A stretch of 51,649 nt of DNA, from positions 1 through 51,649 of the forward strand of contig CAYXNZ010000003.1 in NCBI GenBank assembly GCA_964467155.1, read 5' to 3'. The stretch's first letter is position 1. The number at the start of each line of letters is the position of its first letter. Of this stretch, positions 34,906-45,473 are shown in pieces. This DNA is from an uncultured Gammaproteobacteria bacterium. Lineage in GTDB: Bacteria > Patescibacteriota > Patescibacteriia > Patescibacteriales > GWC2-42-12. Below the pieces are notes generated by a model, which saw only the letters and a program-made list of their open reading frames with translations, searched no databases and had not been told where the DNA came from. The position numbers and the translations under genes were made by a program.

Positions 34906-36069
34906 ATGAAAAAAAATATTCAATCATTTAGTAAAAATAGCGTAGCTATAATATTAATTCTAGCAATTATTTTTGGATTTTTAGGTGGTTCAATCGGTGG
35001 CATTTTTATTAAAAATTATTTTGAAAAAAATTATTATGATGTGCCATTTTTTGGTGAGATTGATTTGTCGCAAAATGATATCGAAAGAAAATTAGTAATT
35101 ACTAACCCTAAAAAAGTAGTCGTTAATCAAAACGAGAATGTTAATGATACGATTAATTCAGCAGCTTCTAGTGCGGTTGGTATTTTTGAAAAGAAAAAAA
35201 TAATTGAATCGGATAATTTAAAAATTGATTTAAATTATTATTATAATTTGAATGATAATGTTGGACAGGGTTTAGTTGTGACCAGTGACGGTTGGATTAT
35301 TACATGTTTTTCTCCTGAAGGTGTAAGCTCGAATTCTAGCGGTTTACCTGGATACGTTATTATTACTGAAAACAAAGAAATCTTTGAAATTGATAATTTT
35401 ATCAAAGATGCTTTGACTGGCTTTAGTTTTTTACATGTTCAGGCTAAAAATTTCACACCAAAAGAATTCACTGATGTGAATAATCTAAGAACGGGTGAAT
35501 TACTGGTAGCAGTGGATTGGCAAAATCGAGGTTGGTTAACTAGCTATGTTGGTCAACAAAGCAATACTAGCTTAGTCAGATATAGTGAAGATTTATCCGA
35601 CAAATTAGTTTTGGCGGAAGTGGTACCAGTTGATTTTGCTTGTTCTTTCCTGTTTGACTTGTCTGGAAACGTGGCTGGTTTAATTAATAAGAGTGGTGAA
35701 AGTACCCCATTGAATTATTTACGAGGGGCAATAAATAGTATACTTGAATATGAAGATATTAGACGAGCAACTTTGGGAATAAATTATATTAATATAGAAA
35801 ATTTAGCGAGTGTCAATCAGGAAAATAATAATATGCCTAAGCAAGGGGCAGCTATCTATAAAGCTCTGAATGGTGTAGCCGTAGTAAAGAGTAGCTCAGC
35901 AGATAAAGCTGGGTTAAAAGAGGGTGATGTTATTTTGTCAATTGATGACGTAAAAATAAATCAAGATAATGATTTGGTTGATATTTTGCAAAATTATTTT
36001 TCCGAAGACGAGGTAATTGTTGAATTTTGGCGAGAAGGCAAGACAGATAAAACAACAGTTGAGCTATAA
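34906..36069 (+). CDS. HtrA/DegP-like trypsin-fold + PDZ protein, catalytic residues apparently degenerate
   Basis: GQGLVVTSDGWIIT, C-terminal PDZ (SSADKAGLKEGDVILSID); no TNxH or GNSGG motif. Confidence 0.7.
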   Translation: MKKNIQSFSKNSVAIILILAIIFGFLGGSIGGIFIKNYFEKNYYDVPFFGEIDLSQNDIERKLVITNPKKVVVNQNENVNDTINSAASSAVGIFEKKKIIESDNLKIDLNYYYNLNDNVGQGLVVTSDGWIITCFSPEGVSSNSSGLPGYVIITENKEIFEIDNFIKDALTGFSFLHVQAKNFTPKEFTDVNNLRTGELLVAVDWQNRGWLTSYVGQQSNTSLVRYSEDLSDKLVLAEVVPVDFACSFLFDLSGNVAGLINKSGESTPLNYLRGAINSILEYEDIRRATLGINYINIENLASVNQENNNMPKQGAAIYKALNGVAVVKSSSADKAGLKEGDVILSIDDVKINQDNDLVDILQNYFSEDEVIVEFWREGKTDKTTVEL

Positions 36070-36155
36070 TTTTTAATTTATATATAAAAAGTTCGTAGGT
36101 TTTTTACGGACTTTTTTATTTGTCGTTTATTATGGTATAATGTGAGTAAATTACT

Positions 36156-37319
36156 ATGAAGATAAAGACGATCAGACAGGCAAAAAAAATAAACAATAAA
36201 ACCGTATTTTTACGGGCTGATTTTAATGTGCCAGTGAAAGACGGTAAAATTAAAGACGATTATAAGATAGTGGCTATTTTACCAACTATCCGTTTTTTAT
36301 TAAGACATGGTTGCAAGATTATTATTGCAACGCATCTGGGTAAACCCAATGGTCAAGATAAAAAATTGTCTGTTAAACCAGTCGCCGATAGATTGAGTCA
36401 ATTATTGGATAAAAAAATAAAATTAGTGGATAAATATTGGTGTCGATCAATTGACGAATTGCAAGCTGATCTAAATAAGAATAATATTTTAATTTTAGAA
36501 AATCTTAGATTTTGTGATGGCGAAAAAAATAATGATAAAAAATTTGCCAGATTGCTTGCTAGTATGGCGCAAATATATGTTAATGACGCTTTTGCTGTTA
36601 GCCATCGTCGTCATGCTTCAGTTAGCGCAATCAAAAAATATTTACCCAGTTATGCGGGGTTATTATTGACAGAAGAAATTGAAAATTTAAATAAAATTTT
36701 GAAACCAAAGAAGCCGATGGTGTCAGTCGTTGGCGGAAACAAGATTGAAACCAAAATTAAATTAGTAGGTTCTTTGAGTAAAAAGTCTTTTATGGTACTG
36801 GTTGGTGGTACTTTGGCGAATAATTTTATTGCTGCTCATGATTTTGAAGTTGGTAAGTCTGTTATCAATCCGACTTATGTTAAATTAGCAAAAAAATTTA
36901 AAGATAAAAATATCATATTACCAATAGATGTTTTAGTTGGTAAAGATAAAGATGCCACTGAAGCACAAGCTAAGTCAATTAGCCAAGTCAAAAAGGAAGA
37001 TATGATATTAGATATCGGACCAAGAACAATAAAATTATTTTCTGATTATATCAGGAAAGCTAATACTATAGTTTGGAATGGACCAATGGGTTATTCGGAA
37101 AATAAATGTTTTAAACATGGCACCATGGCGACAGCACAGGTTTTTACTTCTCGTTCACGTGGACCAGCTTTTGGTGTAGTTGGTGGTAGTGAAACAGTAG
37201 CTGCTTTAAATCAAGCTAAAATGATAGATGGTGTGGATTGGGTTTCAACTGGCGGGGGAGCTATGCTATCTTATTTGTTAGGTGAAAAAATGCCGGGTTT
37301 AAAAGGAATTATTAAATAA
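36156..37319 (+). CDS. pgk: Phosphoglycerate kinase
   Basis: RADFNVP, THLGKP, LENLRF, YVNDAF..SHR, WNGPMG, STGGGA. Confidence 0.95.
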   Translation: MKIKTIRQAKKINNKTVFLRADFNVPVKDGKIKDDYKIVAILPTIRFLLRHGCKIIIATHLGKPNGQDKKLSVKPVADRLSQLLDKKIKLVDKYWCRSIDELQADLNKNNILILENLRFCDGEKNNDKKFARLLASMAQIYVNDAFAVSHRRHASVSAIKKYLPSYAGLLLTEEIENLNKILKPKKPMVSVVGGNKIETKIKLVGSLSKKSFMVLVGGTLANNFIAAHDFEVGKSVINPTYVKLAKKFKDKNIILPIDVLVGKDKDATEAQAKSISQVKKEDMILDIGPRTIKLFSDYIRKANTIVWNGPMGYSENKCFKHGTMATAQVFTSRSRGPAFGVVGGSETVAALNQAKMIDGVDWVSTGGGAMLSYLLGEKMPGLKGIIK

Positions 37320-37348
37320 ATTAACAATAATAAACTAAAGAAAAATTT

Positions 37349-38107
37349 ATGATACCAAATAAAATTGTGACAATTTTTATTAGTTCACTTTTAACTGTCG
37401 GTACAATCTATCTAGCAATTTTGAGTGTTAATGCTTGGAAATCCAATGATTATATTGGCGTCAGCGAAGAACAAAGACATTCAATTACCGTTACTGGTGA
37501 AGGTGAAGTTATTGGTGTACCCGACATAGCAAAGATTCAATTGGGTTATACAATCGAAAAATCAACTGTGGCGGTCGCACAAAAAGATAATACAGAAAAA
37601 ATTAACCAAGCAGTAGAAAAACTTAAAAAAGACTTTGATATTGATAAAAAAGACATCAAAACTTCAAATTACAATATTAACCCTGTTTATAATTGGTTTG
37701 AAGGTAGACAAACATTAAGAGGCTATCGGGTTAGTCAAAATATAGATGTAAAAATCAGAGATTTAGATAAGGTTGGAGAAATTTTACAAGTAGTGGGAGA
37801 TTTAGGATTGAATCAAATAAACAATTTATCTTTTGAGATTGATGAACCAGAAAGTTTAAAACAAGAAGCTCGAGAAGAGGCAATTAAAGAAGCTAAAGAA
37901 AAAGCTGAATTAATGGCGGAAGTAGTTGGTGTTAAATTAGGTAGAATAATAAACTTTTCAGAATATACAGATTCGCCGTCAGCTATTTATGAAACTGCCT
38001 ATAAGAGTTTGGGTATAGGTGGAGGTTCTGATGAGATTGCACCGTCAATTGAAGTTGGTAGCACCGAGATTAATATTAATGTTTCAATTGAATACGAGAT
38101 TTTATAG
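37349..38107 (+). CDS. SIMPL (DUF541) domain protein
   Basis: ITVTGEGEV..VPDIA, I.T..Y.I.P.Y, A...AKEKAE.MA...G..LG.I. Confidence 0.85.
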   Translation: MIPNKIVTIFISSLLTVGTIYLAILSVNAWKSNDYIGVSEEQRHSITVTGEGEVIGVPDIAKIQLGYTIEKSTVAVAQKDNTEKINQAVEKLKKDFDIDKKDIKTSNYNINPVYNWFEGRQTLRGYRVSQNIDVKIRDLDKVGEILQVVGDLGLNQINNLSFEIDEPESLKQEAREEAIKEAKEKAELMAEVVGVKLGRIINFSEYTDSPSAIYETAYKSLGIGGGSDEIAPSIEVGSTEININVSIEYEIL

Positions 38108-38130
38108 AAATTAATAAATTAGATATTTTT

Positions 38131-39396
38131 ATGGCTAAAATAAAGGCAATAATTGCTCGAGAAATACTTGATTCTCGAGGTAATCCGACAGTTGAAACCA
38201 AAATCATGCTTGACAATGGTTTGTCGGCTAAAGCAAGTGTGCCATCTGGTGCTTCAACTGGAGAGCATGAAGCGGTTGAATTGCGTGACGGTGATCAAAA
38301 AAGATATAACGGTTTAGGAGTATTAAAAGCAGTTGACAATGTAAATAAAATAATTGCCAAAGAAGTAATTGGTAAAAGTTTAATCAGTCAATCTAAACTC
38401 GATGATTTTTTAATCAAACTTGACGGTACCAGTAATAAAAGTGAATTAGGCGCTAATGCTATATTATCAGTATCATTGGCTTATGCCCGCGTGCGAGCAA
38501 AAGCTGAAGGCGTTGAACTGTATAATTATTTAGCGAAAGAATTTGGTTTTGATAATAAAAAGATTGAATTACCTGTTCCGTCTTTTAATATATTTAATGG
38601 TGGCAAACATGCTGATACTAATTTGGATTTTCAAGAATTTATGATTATACCTATTCTTGAAACAAGTTTTAGTGAAAAAGTTAGAATCGGAGCTGAAATT
38701 TTTCATGAATTAGGTAATGTTTTGAAACGAGCAGGTTTTGACACAGACGTTGGCAATGAAGGTGGCTATGCACCTGATATAATTTCCAGTGTGCAAGCAA
38801 TTGAATTAATTATCGCTGCTATTATTGGAGCTGGTTATAAACCTGAAGATGAAATTTGTTTAGGGATAGATGTCGGTTCCTCAGAATTATACAACCAAGA
38901 AACAGGTAAATATATTTTCAAATTAGACCAAGGTCATTTTACTAGTGCCACCTTAATGGGACTTTATAGTGAATGGTTTAGAAAATATCCAATTATTTCT
39001 ATTGAAGACGGTTTAGCGCAAGACGATTGGTCTGGGTGGAGTGAATTGACCAAAGAGTTGGGTGGCGAAATGATGTTAATTGGAGATGATTTATTCACAA
39101 CCAACACTGATCGTTTACGGCAAGGAATCAAGAATCGAGCGGCTAATTCTATTTTAATCAAACCCAATCAGGTTGGTACTATAACTGAAACAATGGACTG
39201 TGTTAAATTAGCCCAAAAACATAATTATAGAATTATGGTATCACATCGTAGTGGAGATACTTGTGACAATTTTATTGCTGATTTAGCAGTAGCGATTGGG
39301 GCAGAATTTATAAAGTCTGGTTCGCTTTGTCGAAGTGAAAGATTGTCTAAATATAATCGTTTAATGGAAATAGAACAACTTATAATGAAAAAATAA
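38131..39396 (+). CDS. eno: Enolase
   Basis: ILDSRGNPTVE, VPSGASTG, GNEGG, IEDG, IKPNQ.GT, SHRSG, RSERL.KYNRL. Confidence 0.96.
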   Translation: MAKIKAIIAREILDSRGNPTVETKIMLDNGLSAKASVPSGASTGEHEAVELRDGDQKRYNGLGVLKAVDNVNKIIAKEVIGKSLISQSKLDDFLIKLDGTSNKSELGANAILSVSLAYARVRAKAEGVELYNYLAKEFGFDNKKIELPVPSFNIFNGGKHADTNLDFQEFMIIPILETSFSEKVRIGAEIFHELGNVLKRAGFDTDVGNEGGYAPDIISSVQAIELIIAAIIGAGYKPEDEICLGIDVGSSELYNQETGKYIFKLDQGHFTSATLMGLYSEWFRKYPIISIEDGLAQDDWSGWSELTKELGGEMMLIGDDLFTTNTDRLRQGIKNRAANSILIKPNQVGTITETMDCVKLAQKHNYRIMVSHRSGDTCDNFIADLAVAIGAEFIKSGSLCRSERLSKYNRLMEIEQLIMKK

Positions 39397-40971
39397 ATGA
39401 TAGAAAAAAGTAGTGATAAAAAGATAAATTCACCAATGATTTTGGTTGTTCTCGATGGTTGGGGTATTACAGAAGCTAATAAAGGTAATGCTATAACATC
39501 AGCTAAAACTCCTGTTATAGATAATTTAACCAAAGAATATCCATATACCGAAATTTATGCGCATGGTAAATATGTCGGCTTGCCACCAACACAGGACGGT
39601 AATAGTGAAGCTGGGCATATGAATATCGGTGCCGGCAGGGTAGTTGAGCAAGATGCTGTTAAGATTTGCAAAAGCATAAATAACGGAACATTTTTTAAAA
39701 ACCCCGCTTTTTTAGAAGGCATACGTCATGTTAAAAATAATAATTCTAATTTACACTTAATGGGCATGCTGTCTAACGGCATGAGTGCTCATAGTGATCC
39801 AGATCATATTTTAGCTTTGTTAACATTAGCCAGGCAAATGGATGTTAAAAATGTTTATTTGCATTTATTTACTGACGGTCGTGATTCGCCTAAGTATGCA
39901 TCATTAAAATTAGTTGAAGATATACAAAGAACATTTAAAAACGGTGAAGCAATCGCTACGATTATTGGTAGATTCTATGCTATGGACAGAAAGAAAAGAT
40001 GGGATCGAAGTGAAAAAACTTACAATGCTTTAGTAAATGGAGTTGGATTAAAGGCTGAATCAGCTCAAGCAGCTATAACAGAAGCTTATAATCGTGGAGA
40101 AAATGATGAATTTATTGAACCTTATATTCTTAGTAAAAACGGTAAGCCAACGCCAAGGATTAGTAATAACGATAGTGTTATATTTTTTAACTTAAGGTCA
40201 GATCGAGCCAGACAATTAGCAAAAGTTTTTGTGCAGAATAATTTTTGTGAAAAAAATAAGTATTGTTTTTCACGCGCTAAAGTTTTAAAAAATGTTAGAT
40301 TTATTGCTATGACTGATTTCGGGCCAGATTTAGATAATATGATGACAGCTTACCCTGGAGTTGATTTAAAAGAAACGCTACCAATGCAATTGAGAAATAT
40401 TAAACAGCTTTATCTAGCTGAAACTGAAAAATACGCTCATGTAACTTATTTTTTAAATGGTGGTTATGCCGATCCAATTGACGATGAGATTAGAGAGGTT
40501 GTTGCTTCACCTGATGTTAAATATTATGACAAAACACCAGCTATGAGCTCTGGACTTTTGACAAAAAAAATAATCAGTTATTTAAAAGTCAAGAAATTTG
40601 ATTTTATTTTTGTAAATTATGCTGCCCCTGATATGATAGGTCATACTGGTAATTTACAGGCAGGCATTGAATGCTGTCAAAAGGTAGATCAATATTTAGG
40701 AGAAGTAATAAAAGCTTATTTAGCTGTCGGTGGCACAGTTCTTGTCACTGCTGACCATGGCAATGTTGAAGAAATGATTAATATGAAAACAGGGGAGATT
40801 GATACCGAACATTCTGTCAATAAAGTACCTTTTATTGTAGTTAACGATAAATTAAAGAAGAAAATTAGTTTAAAAAAATCTGGCTCTTTATGCGATGTCG
40901 CTCCGACTGTTTTACAGTTACTAGGTTTAGACAAGCCAAAAATTATGAAGGGCAATAGTTTAATAAAATAA
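39397..40971 (+). CDS. gpmI: 2,3-BPG-independent phosphoglycerate mutase, copy 1
   Basis: LDGWG, GNSEAGH, FTDGRD, GRFYAMDR, AETEKYAHVT, DMIGHTG, TADHGN. Confidence 0.94.
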   Translation: MIEKSSDKKINSPMILVVLDGWGITEANKGNAITSAKTPVIDNLTKEYPYTEIYAHGKYVGLPPTQDGNSEAGHMNIGAGRVVEQDAVKICKSINNGTFFKNPAFLEGIRHVKNNNSNLHLMGMLSNGMSAHSDPDHILALLTLARQMDVKNVYLHLFTDGRDSPKYASLKLVEDIQRTFKNGEAIATIIGRFYAMDRKKRWDRSEKTYNALVNGVGLKAESAQAAITEAYNRGENDEFIEPYILSKNGKPTPRISNNDSVIFFNLRSDRARQLAKVFVQNNFCEKNKYCFSRAKVLKNVRFIAMTDFGPDLDNMMTAYPGVDLKETLPMQLRNIKQLYLAETEKYAHVTYFLNGGYADPIDDEIREVVASPDVKYYDKTPAMSSGLLTKKIISYLKVKKFDFIFVNYAAPDMIGHTGNLQAGIECCQKVDQYLGEVIKAYLAVGGTVLVTADHGNVEEMINMKTGEIDTEHSVNKVPFIVVNDKLKKKISLKKSGSLCDVAPTVLQLLGLDKPKIMKGNSLIK

Positions 40972-40977
40972 AAATAA

Positions 40978-42564
40978 ATGGAAATATTAAAAAAACCAAA
41001 ACCAGTAGTACTGGTAATAATGGATGGCTGGGGTATAACCCAGCCTTATTCTGGCAATGCGATTAGTCAAGCCAATACTCCAAATATCAATGATTACATT
41101 TCTAGGTATCCCTCAATGACATTAAGAGCATCAGGTGAAGCAGTTGGTTTACCATGGGGTGAAAGTGGTAATAGCGAAGTTGGTCATATTAACTTAGGTC
41201 TTGGTAGAATATTATACCAAGATTTACCAAAAATAAATAAAGCTATCGCTGATAATATTTTTTATGAAAATGAAGCTTTATTAAATGCAATCAATCATGC
41301 TAAAAAGAATAAGTCAAATTTACATTTAATGGGATTGTTGTCTAGTGGTGGTATTCATTCATCAATTGAGCATTTGGAGGCTCTCCTAGCTTTAATGGAA
41401 AAAGAAAATTTTAAGAATTTTTATATACATGTAATTCTTGATGGACGAGATACGCCGTATAACAGCGGATTAAATTTTGTAAAACAAATCGAAAAAGATT
41501 TGAGCGATTATGGTCAGGGCGCGGTTGCTACTTTGTCAGGTCGGTTTTATGCCATGGACAGAGATAATCATTGGGATAGAATAGAAAAAGTTTACCGAGC
41601 AATGGTTTTTGGCGAGGGAAATAAAAGCATTTCGGCAACCGAAGCAATTGAGGCAAGTTATGGTAAAAAAATATATGATGAAGAATTTGTACCAACAGTT
41701 ATTGAAAAAAACGGACAACCAGTAGCGCAGATTAAAGCAAATGACGCAATTATTTTCTTTAATTTTAGAGCAGATCGTGCTAGACAAATTACCAAAGCTT
41801 TTGCTTTGCCTGGATTAGAAAAATTTAAAAGAGGAGAATATCTAAAAAATCTTTTATTTGTTTGTTTTACTGAATATGAATCAAGTTTACCTGTAGAAGT
41901 AGCTTTTTCAGCTGAAGTAGTGGAAGATACTTTGGGTGAAACAATTTCTAAAAACAATTTAAAACAATTAAGAATTGCTGAAACTGAGAAATATGCTCAC
42001 GTTACTTATTTTTTCAATGGTGGGCGAGAAGACAAAATGGACGGTGAAGAGCATATTCTGGTGCCATCGCCTCAGGTTGCTAGCTACGACATGAAACCAG
42101 AAATGTCAGCTCCAGAATTAACTAATAAATTGATCAAAGCTATTGAATCAGATAATTATGATTTTATTTTAGTGAATTATGCTAACCCTGACATGGTCGG
42201 ACATACTGGGAATATTAAAGCAGCAGCTAGAGCAGTTGAAGCTGTTGATACTTGTGTTAGCAAGGTAGTTAAATCAGTGTTAGCTAAAAGTGGTATGGTT
42301 TTTTTGACAGCTGATCATGGTAACGCTGAAGTAATGTTTAATATGCAAACTGGTATGATAGACAAAGAACATACATCCAATCCAGTACCATTTATAGTTA
42401 TTAGTAAAGAATTTGAAGGAAAGAATGCCATGAAACAAGATGCTCCAGGTGGAGATTTAAGTCTATTACAACCACAAGGTATTTTGTCTGATGTTGCACC
42501 AACGATTTTACATGTTATGGGATTAAATAAACCAAAAAAAATGTCTGGTCGTAGCTTAGTTTAA
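40978..42564 (+). CDS. gpmI: 2,3-BPG-independent phosphoglycerate mutase, copy 2
   Basis: MDGWG, GNSEVGH, LDGRD, GRFYAMDRD, AETEKYAHVT, DMVGHTG, TADHGN. Confidence 0.94.
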   Translation: MEILKKPKPVVLVIMDGWGITQPYSGNAISQANTPNINDYISRYPSMTLRASGEAVGLPWGESGNSEVGHINLGLGRILYQDLPKINKAIADNIFYENEALLNAINHAKKNKSNLHLMGLLSSGGIHSSIEHLEALLALMEKENFKNFYIHVILDGRDTPYNSGLNFVKQIEKDLSDYGQGAVATLSGRFYAMDRDNHWDRIEKVYRAMVFGEGNKSISATEAIEASYGKKIYDEEFVPTVIEKNGQPVAQIKANDAIIFFNFRADRARQITKAFALPGLEKFKRGEYLKNLLFVCFTEYESSLPVEVAFSAEVVEDTLGETISKNNLKQLRIAETEKYAHVTYFFNGGREDKMDGEEHILVPSPQVASYDMKPEMSAPELTNKLIKAIESDNYDFILVNYANPDMVGHTGNIKAAARAVEAVDTCVSKVVKSVLAKSGMVFLTADHGNAEVMFNMQTGMIDKEHTSNPVPFIVISKEFEGKNAMKQDAPGGDLSLLQPQGILSDVAPTILHVMGLNKPKKMSGRSLV

Positions 42565-42590
42565 ATAAAATATTTTTTAAAATAAACAGA

Positions 42591-43643
42591 ATGTCTATCT
42601 TAATTATAAATGCTGGTTCAACTTCTTTGAAATATGCTTTGTTTGAGAATGAAAAAGAATTAGATAGAGGAATATTTGAAATAAAAGCAAATAATTACGA
42701 AAAAGCTATCAAGCAGTTGTTGAGGCAACAAAATAATTTACAAGACATAACAGTCGTTGGTCATAGAATTGTGCATGGTGGACATAAATTTGTTAAACCA
42801 ACTTTAATAAATGATGAAGTTATTAGTAGTATAGAATCTTTTAATGATTTAGCTCCTTTGCACAATCCGTTCAATCTTGCTTGTGCAAAGATTGTCCGTG
42901 AATATTTACCAGATATTCCTCATGTAGCAGTATTTGATACAGCTTTTTTTTCAGGCTTGCCTGCTCAAGCAAAAATTTATGCTTTACCAAGAGAGATTAC
43001 TGAGAAATATGAGATTTATCGTTACGGCTTTCATGGATTATCACATGAGTATGCCATGAATGATGTCGCTAGGCAATTAAATCGCGATGTCAAGCAACTT
43101 AATTTAATTACTTGTCATTTAGGTGGAGGTGGTTCAATCGCTGCAATTAAACAAGGTCAACCGATTGATATTTCAATGGGCTGGACACCAATGGAAGGTT
43201 TAGTAATGATGACTCGTTCGGGGGATTTGGGTCCAGGTATAGTGCTTGAACTTTTGAAAAGATTACCAGGTGAAGTTACAGAAGAAAAAGTTAATCAACT
43301 AGAAGATTTATTAAATCATCATTCTGGCATAAAAGGACTTTCTGGAATTAGTGATTTTCGAGGATTATTGAAACAATTGTCTCTGGGTGATGAAGATGCA
43401 AAGTTGGCTTTTGATATAGCTATTTATCGAATTGTAAAATATATCGGAGCTTATTGGGCAATTCTGGGCGGACAGTTGGATGCGATTGCATTTACTGGCG
43501 CTATTGGTGCTGGTAACCCAATAACTAGAAATCAGATAATAAATAAATTAAAGTTTTTAACTAACGTTGAATTTCTAGTTGTTAAACCTGACGAGGAATT
43601 TATAATTTATAAAAATACAATTAAATTATTCCCAGAACAATAA
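42591..43643 (+). CDS. ackA: Acetate/propionate kinase (compact)
   Basis: NAGSTSLKY, GHRIVHGG, APLHNP, VFDTAF, RYGFHG.SH, CHLGGG.S, TGAIG. Confidence 0.9.
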   Translation: MSILIINAGSTSLKYALFENEKELDRGIFEIKANNYEKAIKQLLRQQNNLQDITVVGHRIVHGGHKFVKPTLINDEVISSIESFNDLAPLHNPFNLACAKIVREYLPDIPHVAVFDTAFFSGLPAQAKIYALPREITEKYEIYRYGFHGLSHEYAMNDVARQLNRDVKQLNLITCHLGGGGSIAAIKQGQPIDISMGWTPMEGLVMMTRSGDLGPGIVLELLKRLPGEVTEEKVNQLEDLLNHHSGIKGLSGISDFRGLLKQLSLGDEDAKLAFDIAIYRIVKYIGAYWAILGGQLDAIAFTGAIGAGNPITRNQIINKLKFLTNVEFLVVKPDEEFIIYKNTIKLFPEQ

Positions 43644-43657
43644 TTAGATAGATATTA

Positions 43658-45301
43658 ATGATAAAAAAATTATTTAGTGGACAAATTAATAGTATTACCG
43701 TTGCGGCGGGACTAGTGGCTACTTCATCTTTGATTAGCCGTTTTTTAGGTATCTTTAGGGATCGCATATTGGCTGGTGAATTTGGAGCAGGCGATACTTT
43801 AGATATTTACTATGCTGCTTTTCGTGTACCAGATTTATTATTTAATTTATTGGTTCTGGGAGCATTGTCAGCTGGTTTTATCCCAATATTCACTGGTCTT
43901 ATAAAAAATCCATTGAGTAAATTTAAAGATGTTTTTAGCCGAGAAGAAAATAAAGAGGCATGGGCTTTGGCCAGTGGTATATTAAATATTTTAGCTTTAG
44001 GTCTTTTTATACTTTGTGGTATTGGAGTTATTTTTGCACCATTTTTAGTAAAAATAATTACGCCTGGTTCTTCTGGAGAAAAAATGGATTTAACCATAAG
44101 CTTAACCAGAATAATGTTTTTGTCACCTTTATTTTTGGGAATATCTAGCGTTTTTGGTGGTATTCTACAATCATTCAAAAGATTTTTTGTTTATTCACTA
44201 TCACCAATTTTATATAATATCGGTATAATTATTGGTGCCTTATATTTAGTGCCACTTTGGGGAATATATGGTTTAGCCTGGGGTGTTGTTTTGGGTGCTG
44301 GTGCTCATATGCTAGTACAATGGCCGACTGTTTTTTCCTTGGGTTATCGTTATCACTTTAAAATTGGATTAGGAAATAAAAATATCAAACAGATTGGCAA
44401 GATGATGATTCCTCGCACAATGAGTTTGGCTATTTCTCAGATTAATTTATTGGTAATAACAATTATTGCATCAACTATGGCTAGTGGCTCATTGGCCGTT
44501 TTTAATTTTGCTAATAATTTACAATCTTTTCCTATTGGTATTTTTGGCATTTCTTTTGCTATCGCCGCTTTTCCAGCGATGTCTCAAATAGCTTTTGATA
44601 GAAAAAAAATGATAAAAAATTTATCATCAACTATCAGACATATTTTATTTTTTATTGTTCCAGCTACAGTTTTATTAATAACTTTAAGAGCACAAATAAT
44701 TCGTGTAATTTTAGGTACAGGTAATTTTGATTGGCAAGATACTATTTTAACGATTAATACCTTGGGATTTTTTTCATTATCATTGTTTGCTCAGGCACTA
44801 GTGCCTCTATTGATTCGTGCTTTCTACGCTAGACACAATAGTCGCACGCCATTTATTGTTGGTTTGATTTCGGCTTTTGTTAATGTAATTTTATCTCTAT
44901 GGCTATCGAAGATTTATGGTGTGGCTGGTTTAGCCTTAGCATTTTCTATCGCCAGTATCGTGAACTTTATAATTTTATGGTTAGTCCTTAGAATCGAAAT
45001 TGGCAGTTTAGATGAAGTTAAAGTTCTAATTTCAACAGTGAAGTTCACTGCAGCTGCTATTTCGTGCGGAGTAGCTGTTCAAGGAATGAAATTGATCATT
45101 TGGCCTTATATTGATATGACAAGAGTGTGGGGCGTTTTAACACAAGGTTTGATTGCTGGGTTAACAGGAATAGTAATATATATAGCAGTTTGTGCTTTGT
45201 TGCAAAGTGAAGAGTTGCATAGTTTATGGCAATCAGTCAAAAAGCGATTACCTTGGAAAAAAGTTGAGACAGGTGACCAGGGAGAAGCTAGGGGAATATA
45301 G
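43658..45301 (+). CDS. murJ: Lipid II flippase MurJ (MviN)
   Basis: SRFLG..RD...A..FGAG, AFRVPD, GALSAGFIP, P.GIFG, RAFYA. Confidence 0.92.
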   Translation: MIKKLFSGQINSITVAAGLVATSSLISRFLGIFRDRILAGEFGAGDTLDIYYAAFRVPDLLFNLLVLGALSAGFIPIFTGLIKNPLSKFKDVFSREENKEAWALASGILNILALGLFILCGIGVIFAPFLVKIITPGSSGEKMDLTISLTRIMFLSPLFLGISSVFGGILQSFKRFFVYSLSPILYNIGIIIGALYLVPLWGIYGLAWGVVLGAGAHMLVQWPTVFSLGYRYHFKIGLGNKNIKQIGKMMIPRTMSLAISQINLLVITIIASTMASGSLAVFNFANNLQSFPIGIFGISFAIAAFPAMSQIAFDRKKMIKNLSSTIRHILFFIVPATVLLITLRAQIIRVILGTGNFDWQDTILTINTLGFFSLSLFAQALVPLLIRAFYARHNSRTPFIVGLISAFVNVILSLWLSKIYGVAGLALAFSIASIVNFIILWLVLRIEIGSLDEVKVLISTVKFTAAAISCGVAVQGMKLIIWPYIDMTRVWGVLTQGLIAGLTGIVIYIAVCALLQSEELHSLWQSVKKRLPWKKVETGDQGEARGI

Positions 45302-45388
45302 AAAAAATTTCCAATGACTAATGACTAATTTTTAATTAATTCCCAATGAAATAATTTTTAAAAAGTAAAGTTGTTTAGTTTTTTTATG

Positions 45389-45450
45389 TTGACCAAAAAA
45401 GTAAAAATATATAGAATATACTCGTAAGGGCAATTTGTAAATTGCCCTTA
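45389..45450 (+). promoter_or_regulatory. lepA promoter TTGACC-N17-TAGAAT and leader hairpin
   Basis: Hexamers at 45389-45394 and 45412-45417; inverted repeat TAAGGGCAATTT/AAATTGCCCTTA at 45425-45450. Confidence 0.6.
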
Positions 45451-45473
45451 TAAAATATTAGAAAATAATAATT

